Below are positions 16,927-26,908 of a stretch of DNA of 64,000 nt, piece after piece. Numbering within the stretch: position 1 is the first letter of the stretch; the number at the start of each line of letters is the position of its first letter. Origin of the DNA: a virus. The notes beneath the pieces were generated by a model. It saw only the letters and a list, made by a program, of their open reading frames with translations, searched no databases and was not told the origin of the DNA. Location: positions 17,273 to 81,272 of the IMG/VR virus record IMGVR_UViG_3300021963_005223, one strand, 5' to 3'. The translations under genes were made by a program, and so were the position numbers.

Positions 16927-17526
16927 TTAACCCATTTTTCTAAGTGAATCTGCCCAGATTGCATCTTTAGATGAACCCACAAATCTTTCAACTGGAAGCA
17001 ACATTGCAGTAGCCCAATCATTTGCAGGAATTTCCCTAAAGGGTGATCTTACATGATTTAACAGATAATGTTTAACGCATGGAATCGCTCCATTATAACG
17101 AGATACTCCATCTATAAGTGCCCAAGAATATTTGATTCTTGTCGTTTCGTTCATTTTATCGTTACTCTTAAAAATCATTAAACGATCTAGTAAACGAACA
17201 CGTAATTGGTATGGTAAATAATGCATATTTAAACCCAAGAATCCACCTTCTACTTTTCTAAACGGGAAAACTAGAGGGAACCTATCATAATACGGTAGAG
17301 TATCTTTTAGTTTTGGGTCATAAAAATACATATAAAGTTTCCCAGGAGTGATACTGGTCTTTAGTTGTGTCGTATCGCCCTGTAATACTTTAGGTGGTGT
17401 TATTCTCTGTTTGTTTAACAGTAGAACTTGTTGTTCAAACCAGCCACGAGACTTTTTAGCTGCAGTCTTGAGGTCGTATTGGTTTTTCTCAAATACGTCT
17501 TGTAATGTTGTTGGATTTTTAGCCAT
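16927..17526 (-). CDS. gp2: gp2 DNA end protector
   Basis: YFYDPKLKDTLPYYDRFPLV, GLNMHYLP, CVKHYL. Confidence 0.9.
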   Translation of the reverse strand: MAKNPTTLQDVFEKNQYDLKTAAKKSRGWFEQQVLLLNKQRITPPKVLQGDTTQLKTSITPGKLYMYFYDPKLKDTLPYYDRFPLVFPFRKVEGGFLGLNMHYLPYQLRVRLLDRLMIFKSNDKMNETTRIKYSWALIDGVSRYNGAIPCVKHYLLNHVRSPFREIPANDWATAMLLPVERFVGSSKDAIWADSLRKMG

Positions 17527-17541
17527 ATTATTATTTAGGCA

Positions 17542-17976
17542 TTATAAGCCAAGTTCGTTTTCTGTAATGATTTTAAATTCCCACCCACGATCTTTGGCGT
17601 ATTCTGTAGCTGCTTGCCATTTAGCCTGATTTTTAATAAAAGTCATAGATTCAGTTATGTATTTCTGTGTTTGGCGACCTGGATATTCAGGTGGTTGAGT
17701 TTGTTTAAAAGGTTTAACCTCGATAAGATAGGTCTTTAATATACCATCTTTTTGTTTAACTTGTATCTGAAAATCAACAAAATAACGATGTAATTTATTG
17801 TCTGTGGGACATCTATATGGAACTATAGTTTCCTCGGATCTCCATTTTATAACTGAGGGGTTTTTGTCACACCAAGAAGCGAATCTGGTCTCCCAGGAGC
17901 TGCGCATAATTATGTTTGTTGGATCCCCAGCATATTTTTCTGGAAATATTGGTTTGAATAATCTTTTGTGAAACAT
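17542..17976 (-). CDS. gp4: gp4 head completion nuclease
   Basis: KYAGDPTNIIMRSSWE, WRSEE, HRYFVDF, IEVKP, NQAKWQAA. Confidence 0.92.
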   Translation of the reverse strand: MFHKRLFKPIFPEKYAGDPTNIIMRSSWETRFASWCDKNPSVIKWRSEETIVPYRCPTDNKLHRYFVDFQIQVKQKDGILKTYLIEVKPFKQTQPPEYPGRQTQKYITESMTFIKNQAKWQAATEYAKDRGWEFKIITENELGL

Positions 17977-17978
17977 GC

Positions 17979-18009
17979 CTAAATAATATGATATCGATCA
18001 ACTATTTAG
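17979..18009. promoter_or_regulatory. Face-to-face late promoters for gp48 (+) and gp4 (-)
   Basis: CTAAATA on + at 17979-17985 and on - at 18003-18009. Confidence 0.6.
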
Positions 18010-18024
18010 CTTCAGGATACAAAT

Positions 18025-19200
18025 ATGGCATTTCAAGACGAAATGGGTAATTATTACGGTGATGGTTCGAGCCAAAACGCTGAGCCAAAAAACTCATCAC
18101 AGCCAGCTGTTCCACCAAAAGTATTAACTGGTCCTTTATATACTTCTAGAGAAAGAACTACGTTTGATAGCAAAACTTACAATATAGAACAACATTCATA
18201 CCCTCAAGATATTATGAGTTTTGAATATGGTGGAAACTATGTATTGTTTTATATTAATGTTGCTGTTGAATCTAAACTATTCAATGATGCTAAAGTTGAG
18301 ACAGTTGCTGACGTCCCAACCAGAGATAGAGGTTCAACTATTGCTATGAATGAAAAGTTATATGACGACCCTACTAGCGGAAAATCTAAAGCTGCTTTTG
18401 TTGGATTAAATGCAGCAGGACAAGTAATTGAAGGTGCTGCAGCTGGTGGTTTATTTGCAGGTAGAAAGGGTGCTGTTGTTGGAGCAACTTTAAATGCTGC
18501 TCCAGCTGCTATTGGTATCGGTGCTGCAGCGACTCAAGCTGCTTCTGTAACTCGTGCGCAGAAAAGATTAAAAACTGCTATTGCATTGCATATTCCAAAC
18601 CAATTAAATATTCGTTATGGTGTTTCTTATGGCGAGGAAGATACATTTTCATATCAAGCTGCAGCTGCTGGCGCAGAAGCAATACTTAAAGCATTAGAAG
18701 GTGGTGGAGCAAAAAATTTAGGTAATGATGCAGCTGCGATTGTTGGCGCGATGGGATTAAAAAGTGATAAACAAGGTGCAGCTGCCAGCGCAGCATTTGG
18801 TTTGGCATCAAACCCAAAGAAAGAACAAGTATTTAAGAATGTCGACTTTAGAACATTCCAGTTTGACTATCAGTTCTTTCCAAGAAATAAAGATGAAGCA
18901 GCCAATGTTATAGAAATTATTAATACATTCAAATATCACATGCATCCAGAATTTAAAGATGCGAATGAATTTTTATATGTTTATCCTTCTGAGTTTGATA
19001 TAACATATTATCAAAACGGACAAGAGAATCAAAATTTACATCGTCATACTTCTTGCGTACTAACAGAAATGAATGTGAACTATACACCTAACGGACAGTT
19101 TAACAGTTTTGATAATGGTATGCCAACGCAAATTAATATAACATTAAGTTTCCGTGAACTTTCACTTCTTACTAAAGATAAGATTAAGGATGGTCTATAA
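18025..19200 (+). CDS. gp48: gp48 baseplate tail-tube cap
   Basis: IALHIP, NPKKEQVFKNVDFRTFQFDYQFFPRN, FKYHMHP, LSFREL. Confidence 0.85.
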   Translation: MAFQDEMGNYYGDGSSQNAEPKNSSQPAVPPKVLTGPLYTSRERTTFDSKTYNIEQHSYPQDIMSFEYGGNYVLFYINVAVESKLFNDAKVETVADVPTRDRGSTIAMNEKLYDDPTSGKSKAAFVGLNAAGQVIEGAAAGGLFAGRKGAVVGATLNAAPAAIGIGAAATQAASVTRAQKRLKTAIALHIPNQLNIRYGVSYGEEDTFSYQAAAAGAEAILKALEGGGAKNLGNDAAAIVGAMGLKSDKQGAAASAAFGLASNPKKEQVFKNVDFRTFQFDYQFFPRNKDEAANVIEIINTFKYHMHPEFKDANEFLYVYPSEFDITYYQNGQENQNLHRHTSCVLTEMNVNYTPNGQFNSFDNGMPTQINITLSFRELSLLTKDKIKDGL

Positions 19201-19691
19201 TGTACTTCGAAGATTTCCCAAAATTTTTATATGACTTCGAAATTAAAGGTGAACGTAGATCATTCGTTGTCACCGATATAACAAGAAACATTCGTTTCCG
19301 CAGAGACGTTCTTGCAAATATAACAGTATATGATGAGTATGATGTTGTTGATGGTGAAACACCAGAAATTGTAGCGGAGAAAATATATGGCGACGCACAA
19401 TTTCACTGGGTAGTCATGTTAGCAAATGAAAGATTTGATTACAGATCTGATTGGGTAATGGATTATCCAAGACTTTCTGCGTTTATTGAAGATAAGTATG
19501 GCAATCAAGCTGATCAACCGCATCATTATGAAGATGCTAAAGGTAATATCGTTCATTCCTCAGCTCCAGGTGCAGCATCGGTTTCTAATCGTCAATATGA
19601 AGAAGATTTAAATGAAAAGAAAAGAAGAATTAAAATAGTTTCCCCACAAATATTAAATACAATATTAACTAACTTCGATAATTTATTATAA
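19200..19691 (+). CDS. gp53: gp53 baseplate wedge protein
   Basis: YFEDFP, DGETPEIVAEKIYGD, HWVVMLAN, NEKKRRIK. Confidence 0.9.
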   Translation: MYFEDFPKFLYDFEIKGERRSFVVTDITRNIRFRRDVLANITVYDEYDVVDGETPEIVAEKIYGDAQFHWVVMLANERFDYRSDWVMDYPRLSAFIEDKYGNQADQPHHYEDAKGNIVHSSAPGAASVSNRQYEEDLNEKKRRIKIVSPQILNTILTNFDNLL

Positions 19692-20968
19692 TGCAGCCAC
19701 AACAAACATTAAGATTTGCTGGTGATGTATCAGTAGGTAAAGTTAGAGTAATATCACAAAGCGGATTTTATCAAGACATTGCCAATCAAATTATAGGTAT
19801 ACAAGTTTTTGAAGACTTGTTATCGCCTTTCATCACAGGTACTTTAATTATTAAAGACTCTTTAGATTTAATTAATCTATTTCCATTCGTAGGTGAAGAA
19901 TATGTTGAACTTGATATTAAAACACCAACATTAAAAACAGGAAATATATCTGGTAAGTTTTACATCTATAAGATGACAGACAGAGAAATGCTTAAAGATA
20001 AACAAGTAGTTTATCAATTACACTTCACTTCTCAAGACGCACTAATTGATTTAAATAAAAGTATTAGTAAAACTTTTACAGGTAAAGTATCTGATATTGC
20101 AAATACATTATTGACGGATAAGACTAATGGTATACAATCAACTAAGAAAAATATTGTAGAAGAGACATCCAATTCAACCAAATATACTTCTAATTTCTGG
20201 TCTCCGATTAAAAACTTATTATATTTAACTGACAACGCTGTAAGTAAAAATGCTTCACCGAGTTATGTGTTTTTTGAAAACAGAGACGGATATAATTTCG
20301 TTTCTTTAGATTTTTTATATAAACAACCAATTATAGCCAACTTCACATTTGACAATTATGTTCGTGATGATAGACCAATGGGTGGAAGTATTAAAAATTT
20401 AGAAGAAGATTATAAAAGAATTATTGGAATTAAAATTCCAACAGGAATAGATTATATTGATAGAATCTCTTCTGGTGTTTATGGTTCCAGAATGTATACA
20501 CATGATATTGCTTCTAAGAAAATATCAAGTAATAATTTTGATATGTTAAAAAATGCCAAAAAGCAAAGTCGTTTAAACGAGTTCCCTCCTGCTTCCAAGA
20601 AAGTTATATATCGTTACGGTTCAACTATTATGTTTAAACCAAAATATTATAATAACTTTTCTAATTTTGGTGATGTGACTAATGCTGGAATAATCCAAGA
20701 AAGAACGTCATTAATGAAACAAGCAGAATCAACTAAAATACAAATTGTAGTTCCTGGACGTTGTGATTATACGGTAGGTAGAAAAGTTTATGTAAAACTT
20801 AATAAGATTGAACCAGTCAGTAAGAACGATAAGAATACTATTGACAACATGTTCTCTGGGAATTATATTATATCTGCAATAAATCATTTTATCACTAAAG
20901 AAAAACATGAAAGTACTTTAGAGTTGATAAAAGATTCTTTATTAATTAATCTGGATAAGGCGAAATAA
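19691..20968 (+). CDS. Baseplate hub protein (gp27-like)
   Basis: FEDLLSPFITG, YVFFENRDGYNFVSL, FSGNYIISAINH; lies between gp53 and gp5. Confidence 0.6.
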   Translation: MQPQQTLRFAGDVSVGKVRVISQSGFYQDIANQIIGIQVFEDLLSPFITGTLIIKDSLDLINLFPFVGEEYVELDIKTPTLKTGNISGKFYIYKMTDREMLKDKQVVYQLHFTSQDALIDLNKSISKTFTGKVSDIANTLLTDKTNGIQSTKKNIVEETSNSTKYTSNFWSPIKNLLYLTDNAVSKNASPSYVFFENRDGYNFVSLDFLYKQPIIANFTFDNYVRDDRPMGGSIKNLEEDYKRIIGIKIPTGIDYIDRISSGVYGSRMYTHDIASKKISSNNFDMLKNAKKQSRLNEFPPASKKVIYRYGSTIMFKPKYYNNFSNFGDVTNAGIIQERTSLMKQAESTKIQIVVPGRCDYTVGRKVYVKLNKIEPVSKNDKNTIDNMFSGNYIISAINHFITKEKHESTLELIKDSLLINLDKAK

Positions 20969-23850
20969 TGGAGTTGTATACTGGTGTAGTTGAGAATAGA
21001 CAAGACCCACTAAAACTTGGTCGTTGTCAAGTTCGTGTGGTTGGTATCCACACAGATGATAAAACATTATTACCAACAGAAGATTTACCATGGGCATATC
21101 CGATGCAACCTGTTACATCTGCTGCTATTAGTGGATTGGGTTACTCACCTACAGGTCCAGTTCCTGGCACATGGGTTATTGTTATGTTCCGTGACTCAGA
21201 TCAACAACAGCCAATTATTTTAGGTACTGTTGGTGGTATACCTCAAACTAAAGCTGGCTCAAGAGCATCGGATGATTCTAATGATTCAATTCTACCAACT
21301 GAAGGTGGAATTTTAACAGACAGTAGTGGTAATCCTGTTACTGATAGCTCAGGACAACCAATTACAACTGGAACAGATGCAGCAAACAACTCTGCGCCAG
21401 TACCAGTAGCGTCAACTGCACCAGTTGTTACACCAAGTACAGACATTCCAACTACTCCTCCGCCAAAATCTGGTGCCGCAAATAAAGCGTCTGATGGTAT
21501 CAAAGCACTCATCGCTGCTTGTGACAAAGTTGGTTTGACTACAAAATATGCAAAGTGCGCATTACTTGGTATTGCTGGTGGTGAGTCAAAGTGGGTTCCA
21601 CAAAAAGAAGATTATCAATATAACCCAACAAGACTTAAACAAATTTTCTCTGGAGCTACGCCAGAAGTTATAGATCAATATTCATATGCAAGAAAGAAAG
21701 GTATGTCTCGTCAAGAGTTCTTTTCTTTCTTCTATGGTCCATCTTTCCGTGGAAAAAATTTCTTGGGAAATAAAAATAATGACGATGGTGGTAAATATTA
21801 TGGTCGTGGTTTTATTCAGTTGACTGGACGTGCAAATTATGAAAGATATCAAAAACTTGGATTAGCTGCTGGCTTAAATATTGACATTGTAAATAACCCA
21901 GATTCACTTGATGATGATTTAAATACTTCTGCTCTTATTGCTGCTCTTTACATTAAGGATAGAGTTAAGGGTTGGGAAAAACTGATGTATCAAGAAGGAT
22001 TCTTTGAAGCAGCGAAGACTTCAGTTGGTGTTAACTCTCCCGATATTGCATTAGTTAAAAAACAATACTATGAATATTTCTTGGGCGGACAAACTGGTCC
22101 AGAGCCAACTAATAAAGATGCAACTGCAGTTGAACCAAATTTAACACCTGCAGAAATAAAAGCTGCACCTCCAGAAAAACAAGAAGCATACAAAGAAGAT
22201 CGTTCTGGTAATGCTACTCAATATGGTTTCACAGATCCATCTGGTAAATATCCATTACGTGATCATATGAATGAGTCTGATACTAATAGACTTGCACGTG
22301 GTGTTATTGAAGGTACTTGTTTCCAATTTAAAGATTTAATGCGTCAGAGAGATGTGCCAACTGCAAAAGGTTTAAAGTGGTCACAACCTCTTTCACCATA
22401 TAATACCATTTATCCTTACAATAAGGTATTTGAATCTGAATCTGGTCACTTAATGGAATTTGATGATTCTCCTGCAGGTGAGCGTATTCATTTATATCAC
22501 CGCAAGGGAACATATCTTGAGATTGACCCAAATGGATCTCAATTAAATTTTATCGTTGGTGATAGTTATCAAATAGTATTGCGAAACAATAACCTTTATG
22601 TTAAAGGTTCGGGTAATATAACTGTCGGTGGCAATCTTCGTGTTTTGGTGCAAGGGGATGCTAATATTGAAGTGGAAGGTAACAGTAGTATTCTGATGAA
22701 AGGTGACGCAGAATTAGGTGTTGCTGGTAATCTAGACATGACTGTTGGTGAAGATTTCAATTTAAAAGTTAATGGCGATTATAATGTTATGGCAACAAAC
22801 ATTAGAAATTATGCAGAAGAAAAACACCAGACGTATGCGTCTTCCAATGTTGAAGTTAAATCTGATATGATTATTTTACAAAAGGCACAAGAAATTAACA
22901 TCAATTCAGATGGTGAGATGAATATTCTCTCAGGTGCAACAATGCATGTAGATTATTCAGAAGGACAATTTGGTAATGGTGCAGCTGGCGCAGAACCAGA
23001 TGCGGTAGAAGCAGTCGATTTAACTGCTCCAGAATTAATACAAGCAGTTGTTCCAAGTTTTGACAATTTACCACCACCAGAAAGATCTTTCGAAGATATT
23101 GCTAAATTTGAAACTCCTGATGAGTGGGAAACGCCAGCTGGACAGAAAGAAAAAGAAAAGCAGTATAACACTCCTGAATTTAAAGCACCTGAGAATAAAA
23201 TTCCAGAAGCACAGGAAGTTCCACCTCCTACTGCACCAAATACAGTTAAAGGTAAACCAGTTGATACTGCTCCAGTATATAACACAACTGAATATGGTCC
23301 ATCATTTAAACTTTCGAAGAATTTCACGATTGCTCAATTGGTTGAACCATCAGTTATCCTTAGAGATATTGCAGTTGGTGGTAGTGTAATAACTAAACAA
23401 GATATTGTTGCTAATCTTGTTGCTCTTGCAGAAAATGTTTGCGAACCATTATATTCAACTTATGGTCCAACCAGTGGCAAGTTCGCACCGCAATCTCCAA
23501 AAGGTGCTTGGTGCATTAACTCTTGCTTAAGAAATGGTACTGGAAGATCACAACATGATATTGGCCAAGCAATAGATTTGCGTTACAATCCTAAACGTTC
23601 TTTCGAAGAAATGTGGAAATTTGCTCTTGAGTTAGAAAAGACATTACCATATGATCAAATTATTCTTGAGTATAGAAGACCAGGAGCTAAGTTTAATCCA
23701 GGTCCAGGTTGGATGAATTGGATTCATATTTCTTATAATCCAAAAGGTTTACGTAAACAAAACTTTACTATGATTGATGACGTTTCAGTAAATGCACAAG
23801 GACAAGTGCAAGCTGGAAGTAGAGGACTATTCTTGTTTGGAACATCATAA
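20968..23850 (+). CDS. gp5: gp5 baseplate spike with GH19-like and C-terminal M15-like peptidase domains
   Basis: GVVENRQDPLKLGRCQVRV OB-fold; YYGRGFIQLTGRANY; YPYNKVFESESGH; beta-helix; SQH...AID and WIHISY. Confidence 0.9.
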   Translation: MELYTGVVENRQDPLKLGRCQVRVVGIHTDDKTLLPTEDLPWAYPMQPVTSAAISGLGYSPTGPVPGTWVIVMFRDSDQQQPIILGTVGGIPQTKAGSRASDDSNDSILPTEGGILTDSSGNPVTDSSGQPITTGTDAANNSAPVPVASTAPVVTPSTDIPTTPPPKSGAANKASDGIKALIAACDKVGLTTKYAKCALLGIAGGESKWVPQKEDYQYNPTRLKQIFSGATPEVIDQYSYARKKGMSRQEFFSFFYGPSFRGKNFLGNKNNDDGGKYYGRGFIQLTGRANYERYQKLGLAAGLNIDIVNNPDSLDDDLNTSALIAALYIKDRVKGWEKLMYQEGFFEAAKTSVGVNSPDIALVKKQYYEYFLGGQTGPEPTNKDATAVEPNLTPAEIKAAPPEKQEAYKEDRSGNATQYGFTDPSGKYPLRDHMNESDTNRLARGVIEGTCFQFKDLMRQRDVPTAKGLKWSQPLSPYNTIYPYNKVFESESGHLMEFDDSPAGERIHLYHRKGTYLEIDPNGSQLNFIVGDSYQIVLRNNNLYVKGSGNITVGGNLRVLVQGDANIEVEGNSSILMKGDAELGVAGNLDMTVGEDFNLKVNGDYNVMATNIRNYAEEKHQTYASSNVEVKSDMIILQKAQEININSDGEMNILSGATMHVDYSEGQFGNGAAGAEPDAVEAVDLTAPELIQAVVPSFDNLPPPERSFEDIAKFETPDEWETPAGQKEKEKQYNTPEFKAPENKIPEAQEVPPPTAPNTVKGKPVDTAPVYNTTEYGPSFKLSKNFTIAQLVEPSVILRDIAVGGSVITKQDIVANLVALAENVCEPLYSTYGPTSGKFAPQSPKGAWCINSCLRNGTGRSQHDIGQAIDLRYNPKRSFEEMWKFALELEKTLPYDQIILEYRRPGAKFNPGPGWMNWIHISYNPKGLRKQNFTMIDDVSVNAQGQVQAGSRGLFLFGTS

Positions 23851-24365
23851 TGTGGGAACCTGTTAATGCTTTATTGGGTACTTATGCGGAGTTAGCTTCG
23901 TTCAGTCATACAATACAATATTATACAGAAACTGCAGGAGACCCAACTGCAACACCTCCAACTACTGGTGGTAGAACTTATTACTCAGTTAGAATTATAC
24001 CGCAAGAAATTAATCCAAATAGTGTGAGTATTTCTGGCGCAACTTTATCTGGGTTTTACAAAGGTATATTTAATGATGGTTTGACGACTAGAGACCGTAA
24101 AGGAAATATAACTACAATTACAACATTGGGTTCAAATGCCAGCGTCTGGGACGCAGTTAATAGATCCAATGTTCATGAAGTTATTGGGTTTGACCCAGAT
24201 ATGACTCGTAGTAGAACATTTTCTTATGTTGCACAAGCGTATGACCCATTAACCCCAAATACTATAATTGAGAGTCAGACATATAATGTTCTTTGTGAAG
24301 ATAAAAACTGGACTCCAGGAATGATGTCTTTAAAGGAATTGGTTTCATATGCCAGCAATAACTAG
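23850..24365 (+). CDS. Hypothetical baseplate-region protein
   Basis: Coupled to gp5 and the PAAR gene. Confidence 0.65.
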   Translation: MWEPVNALLGTYAELASFSHTIQYYTETAGDPTATPPTTGGRTYYSVRIIPQEINPNSVSISGATLSGFYKGIFNDGLTTRDRKGNITTITTLGSNASVWDAVNRSNVHEVIGFDPDMTRSRTFSYVAQAYDPLTPNTIIESQTYNVLCEDKNWTPGMMSLKELVSYASNN

Positions 24366-24651
24366 AATTGGAGATAAGTCAACAGGACATGGGTGTTTTC
24401 CACCAACTGTTATGATAACCACACCTGTAGCAAAAACCTATTTTAATGGGAAATTTCCAGGTGTTGTGAGTCCAAACTGTAAATGGGCAGCTCATACTTG
24501 TGGAAGACAAACTCATAACTCAGATCAAAGGTATCCAACCTCTGGTGCAAGTAAAACGTATATTGAAGGTAATAAAGTAGCAAGAATAGCCGACCCAATC
24601 GCCTGTGGTGATGCAATTGGTCAAGGATCTTCGAATTCTTTTGTAGAATAG
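24349..24651 (+). CDS. PAAR-like spike tip protein (gp5.4)
   Basis: TRIGDKSTGHGCFPP, H-C, ARIADPIACG. Confidence 0.88.
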   Translation: MPAITRIGDKSTGHGCFPPTVMITTPVAKTYFNGKFPGVVSPNCKWAAHTCGRQTHNSDQRYPTSGASKTYIEGNKVARIADPIACGDAIGQGSSNSFVE

Positions 24652-24665
24652 GACTAAATAATTAG

Positions 24666-25058
24666 ATGGCACGCAATACAAGAAACTTTTCGGATTTAGA
24701 CTTAAATTTCACTGCTCATCCAGTGACGAAAGATATCGTCCTGAGATATGATGAAAATGCTATAAAAACCAGTCTAAAAAACCTAATCTTAACATCAAAT
24801 TTTGAGAGACCTTTCCATAGTGAAATAGGATCTCCAATTAAGCGTTTGTTGTTCGAACCAGCCACACCAATGTTGGCTGTTGTTATGAAACGTGCAATCG
24901 TAGATACTGTTAATAATTTTGAGCCACGTGTTCAATTATTAAATGTTGATGTTGATGTATCAATAGATAGTAACGCTATTAGAGTTACGATAGAATTTAA
25001 AATAGTAAATACCGAAAGACCTTTAACTCTTGACCTCGTATTAGAGAGAACCCGATAA
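24666..25058 (+). CDS. gp25: gp25 baseplate wedge protein
   Basis: FSDLDLNF, ERPFHSEIGS, LLFEP, FEPRV. Confidence 0.92.
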   Translation: MARNTRNFSDLDLNFTAHPVTKDIVLRYDENAIKTSLKNLILTSNFERPFHSEIGSPIKRLLFEPATPMLAVVMKRAIVDTVNNFEPRVQLLNVDVDVSIDSNAIRVTIEFKIVNTERPLTLDLVLERTR

Positions 25059-26908
25059 TGGCAAATAAAAAGATAAACGTAACAGAGTTAGATTTTGATG
25101 CGATAAAATCTAACCTTAAGAATTTCCTAAAAGGACAAGAACAATTTCAAGATTATGATTTTGAGGGTTCTGGTCTTTCAATTCTTTTAGATGTTCTGGC
25201 TTATAACACACATTATAATGCTCTTTATAATAACTTAACAATTAATGAGATGTTTTTGGATTCAGCCAGCAAAAGAAACAGCGTTGTTTCTTTGGCAAAA
25301 ATGCTCGGTTACGTTCCACGTTCTTGCTCTTGCGCAACTTCCACAGTTCGTTTAACTGTAAATAGTGGAATTGCTGGACCAAGTGCTTTAACCCTACCAG
25401 CTTATAGCACGTTTTTAACTTCTGTTGATGGAGTCCAGTATACATTCTATACAACTTCTTCTTATACAATTACTGGTACAGGAACATCTTATACATTCGA
25501 TAATATTAAAATTGTTGAAGGAACTCCACTTAATTTCATTTGGGAATACTCCAACGCAAACAATTATATTATTCCAAACGCAAACATAGATCTATCAACA
25601 TTAAAAGTTAAAGTTCAAGAATCAGCTAATTCTGATTTTTATGAAACTTTCACAAACTCATCTTCGATCACTACAGCCGATGCAACAACTAAAGTTTATT
25701 TTGTGAAAGAGATTGATGATGGATTATATCAATTAACTTTTGGCGATGGTGTTATTGGTAGAGAATTGTCTGCTGGCAATATTATTCATATTGAATATAT
25801 GGCATCTTCATTGGCTGCACCAAATGGAGCAAGATTGTTCCAATACACTGGACAAACATTAATATCTAATGCATCAAACGTAGTAACATGTTTGGCACCT
25901 GCTTCTGGTGGTTCTGTAGCAGAAGATATTGAAAGAATTCGTTTTAATGCACCAAGAACTTATGCATCACAAAATCGTTGTGTAACACCAGACGATTATA
26001 AAGCATTAATTTATTCCGCACTACCATCAGCTAAAGCAGTTTCTGTTTGGGGTGGTGAAGACAATAATCCTCCAGTTTATGGAAAAATTTTCGTTTGTGT
26101 TAAACCTGTTGACTCATCTAAATTAACACAACTTCAAAAGTCTGAGTTGGTTAATACAATACTACAAAGTAAAAACGTAGTTTCTGTTATCCCAGAAATA
26201 GTAGACCCAGAATATTTAAATATATCACTTAATGTTGATGTAAAATATAACCCAAGAGAGACTACTAGATCTGCTCCAGAAATTCAAACTATTGTAACTA
26301 ATACAATTTTTGATTATGATGATAATGAGTTAGAAAGTTTTGATGGTGTATTCCGTTTCTCAAAATTATCTGCAGCCATTGATGCTTCAGAAAAATCAAT
26401 TACAAACAATACAATGACTGTATTGTTAAGAAGAAATATTGCACCTCGTTATAATGTTTCTGCGCAGTATCTATTGAATATTATTAATCCAATATATTAC
26501 TCAGAAGCTCCTGGTGGTTCATTGGGTACAACAGGATTTTATATTTACGGTAGTGATGATATTCACTATCTCGATGATAATGGATCCAACATTCGCTTAT
26601 TTAAATATGGATCCAATGCTCAAAAGTTTATTGTTAATGAACAAATTGGAACTATTGATCACGCTAAGGGTATTTTAGATATTCGCAATTTACATATTGT
26701 AGCGTTGGCAGATATTGATTGGGAAATTACACTTAAACCAAAATCAAATGACGTAGTTTCTGCATTAACGCAAATTGCTAAAATAGCCAGAGATCATTTA
26801 TACGTAACTGCAACACCAGATCAAACTGCTATTGGAGATCTACGTGCTGGATTTAATTATACATTTAGCTCCTCAAATGCAACAGTTACAGGCGATAGAG
26901 TAATTTAA
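25058..26908 (+). CDS. gp6: gp6 baseplate wedge protein
   Basis: ELDFDAIK, DYDFEGSGL, LAYNTHY, FGDGVIG, QNRCVTPDDY, WGGEDN. Confidence 0.93.
   Translation: MANKKINVTELDFDAIKSNLKNFLKGQEQFQDYDFEGSGLSILLDVLAYNTHYNALYNNLTINEMFLDSASKRNSVVSLAKMLGYVPRSCSCATSTVRLTVNSGIAGPSALTLPAYSTFLTSVDGVQYTFYTTSSYTITGTGTSYTFDNIKIVEGTPLNFIWEYSNANNYIIPNANIDLSTLKVKVQESANSDFYETFTNSSSITTADATTKVYFVKEIDDGLYQLTFGDGVIGRELSAGNIIHIEYMASSLAAPNGARLFQYTGQTLISNASNVVTCLAPASGGSVAEDIERIRFNAPRTYASQNRCVTPDDYKALIYSALPSAKAVSVWGGEDNNPPVYGKIFVCVKPVDSSKLTQLQKSELVNTILQSKNVVSVIPEIVDPEYLNISLNVDVKYNPRETTRSAPEIQTIVTNTIFDYDDNELESFDGVFRFSKLSAAIDASEKSITNNTMTVLLRRNIAPRYNVSAQYLLNIINPIYYSEAPGGSLGTTGFYIYGSDDIHYLDDNGSNIRLFKYGSNAQKFIVNEQIGTIDHAKGILDIRNLHIVALADIDWEITLKPKSNDVVSALTQIAKIARDHLYVTATPDQTAIGDLRAGFNYTFSSSNATVTGDRVI

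Noticed and set aside
17542-17976. TnsA-like nuclease suggesting a transposon or homing endonuclease
   Set aside because: Motifs and synteny identify the core T4 gp4 head completion protein
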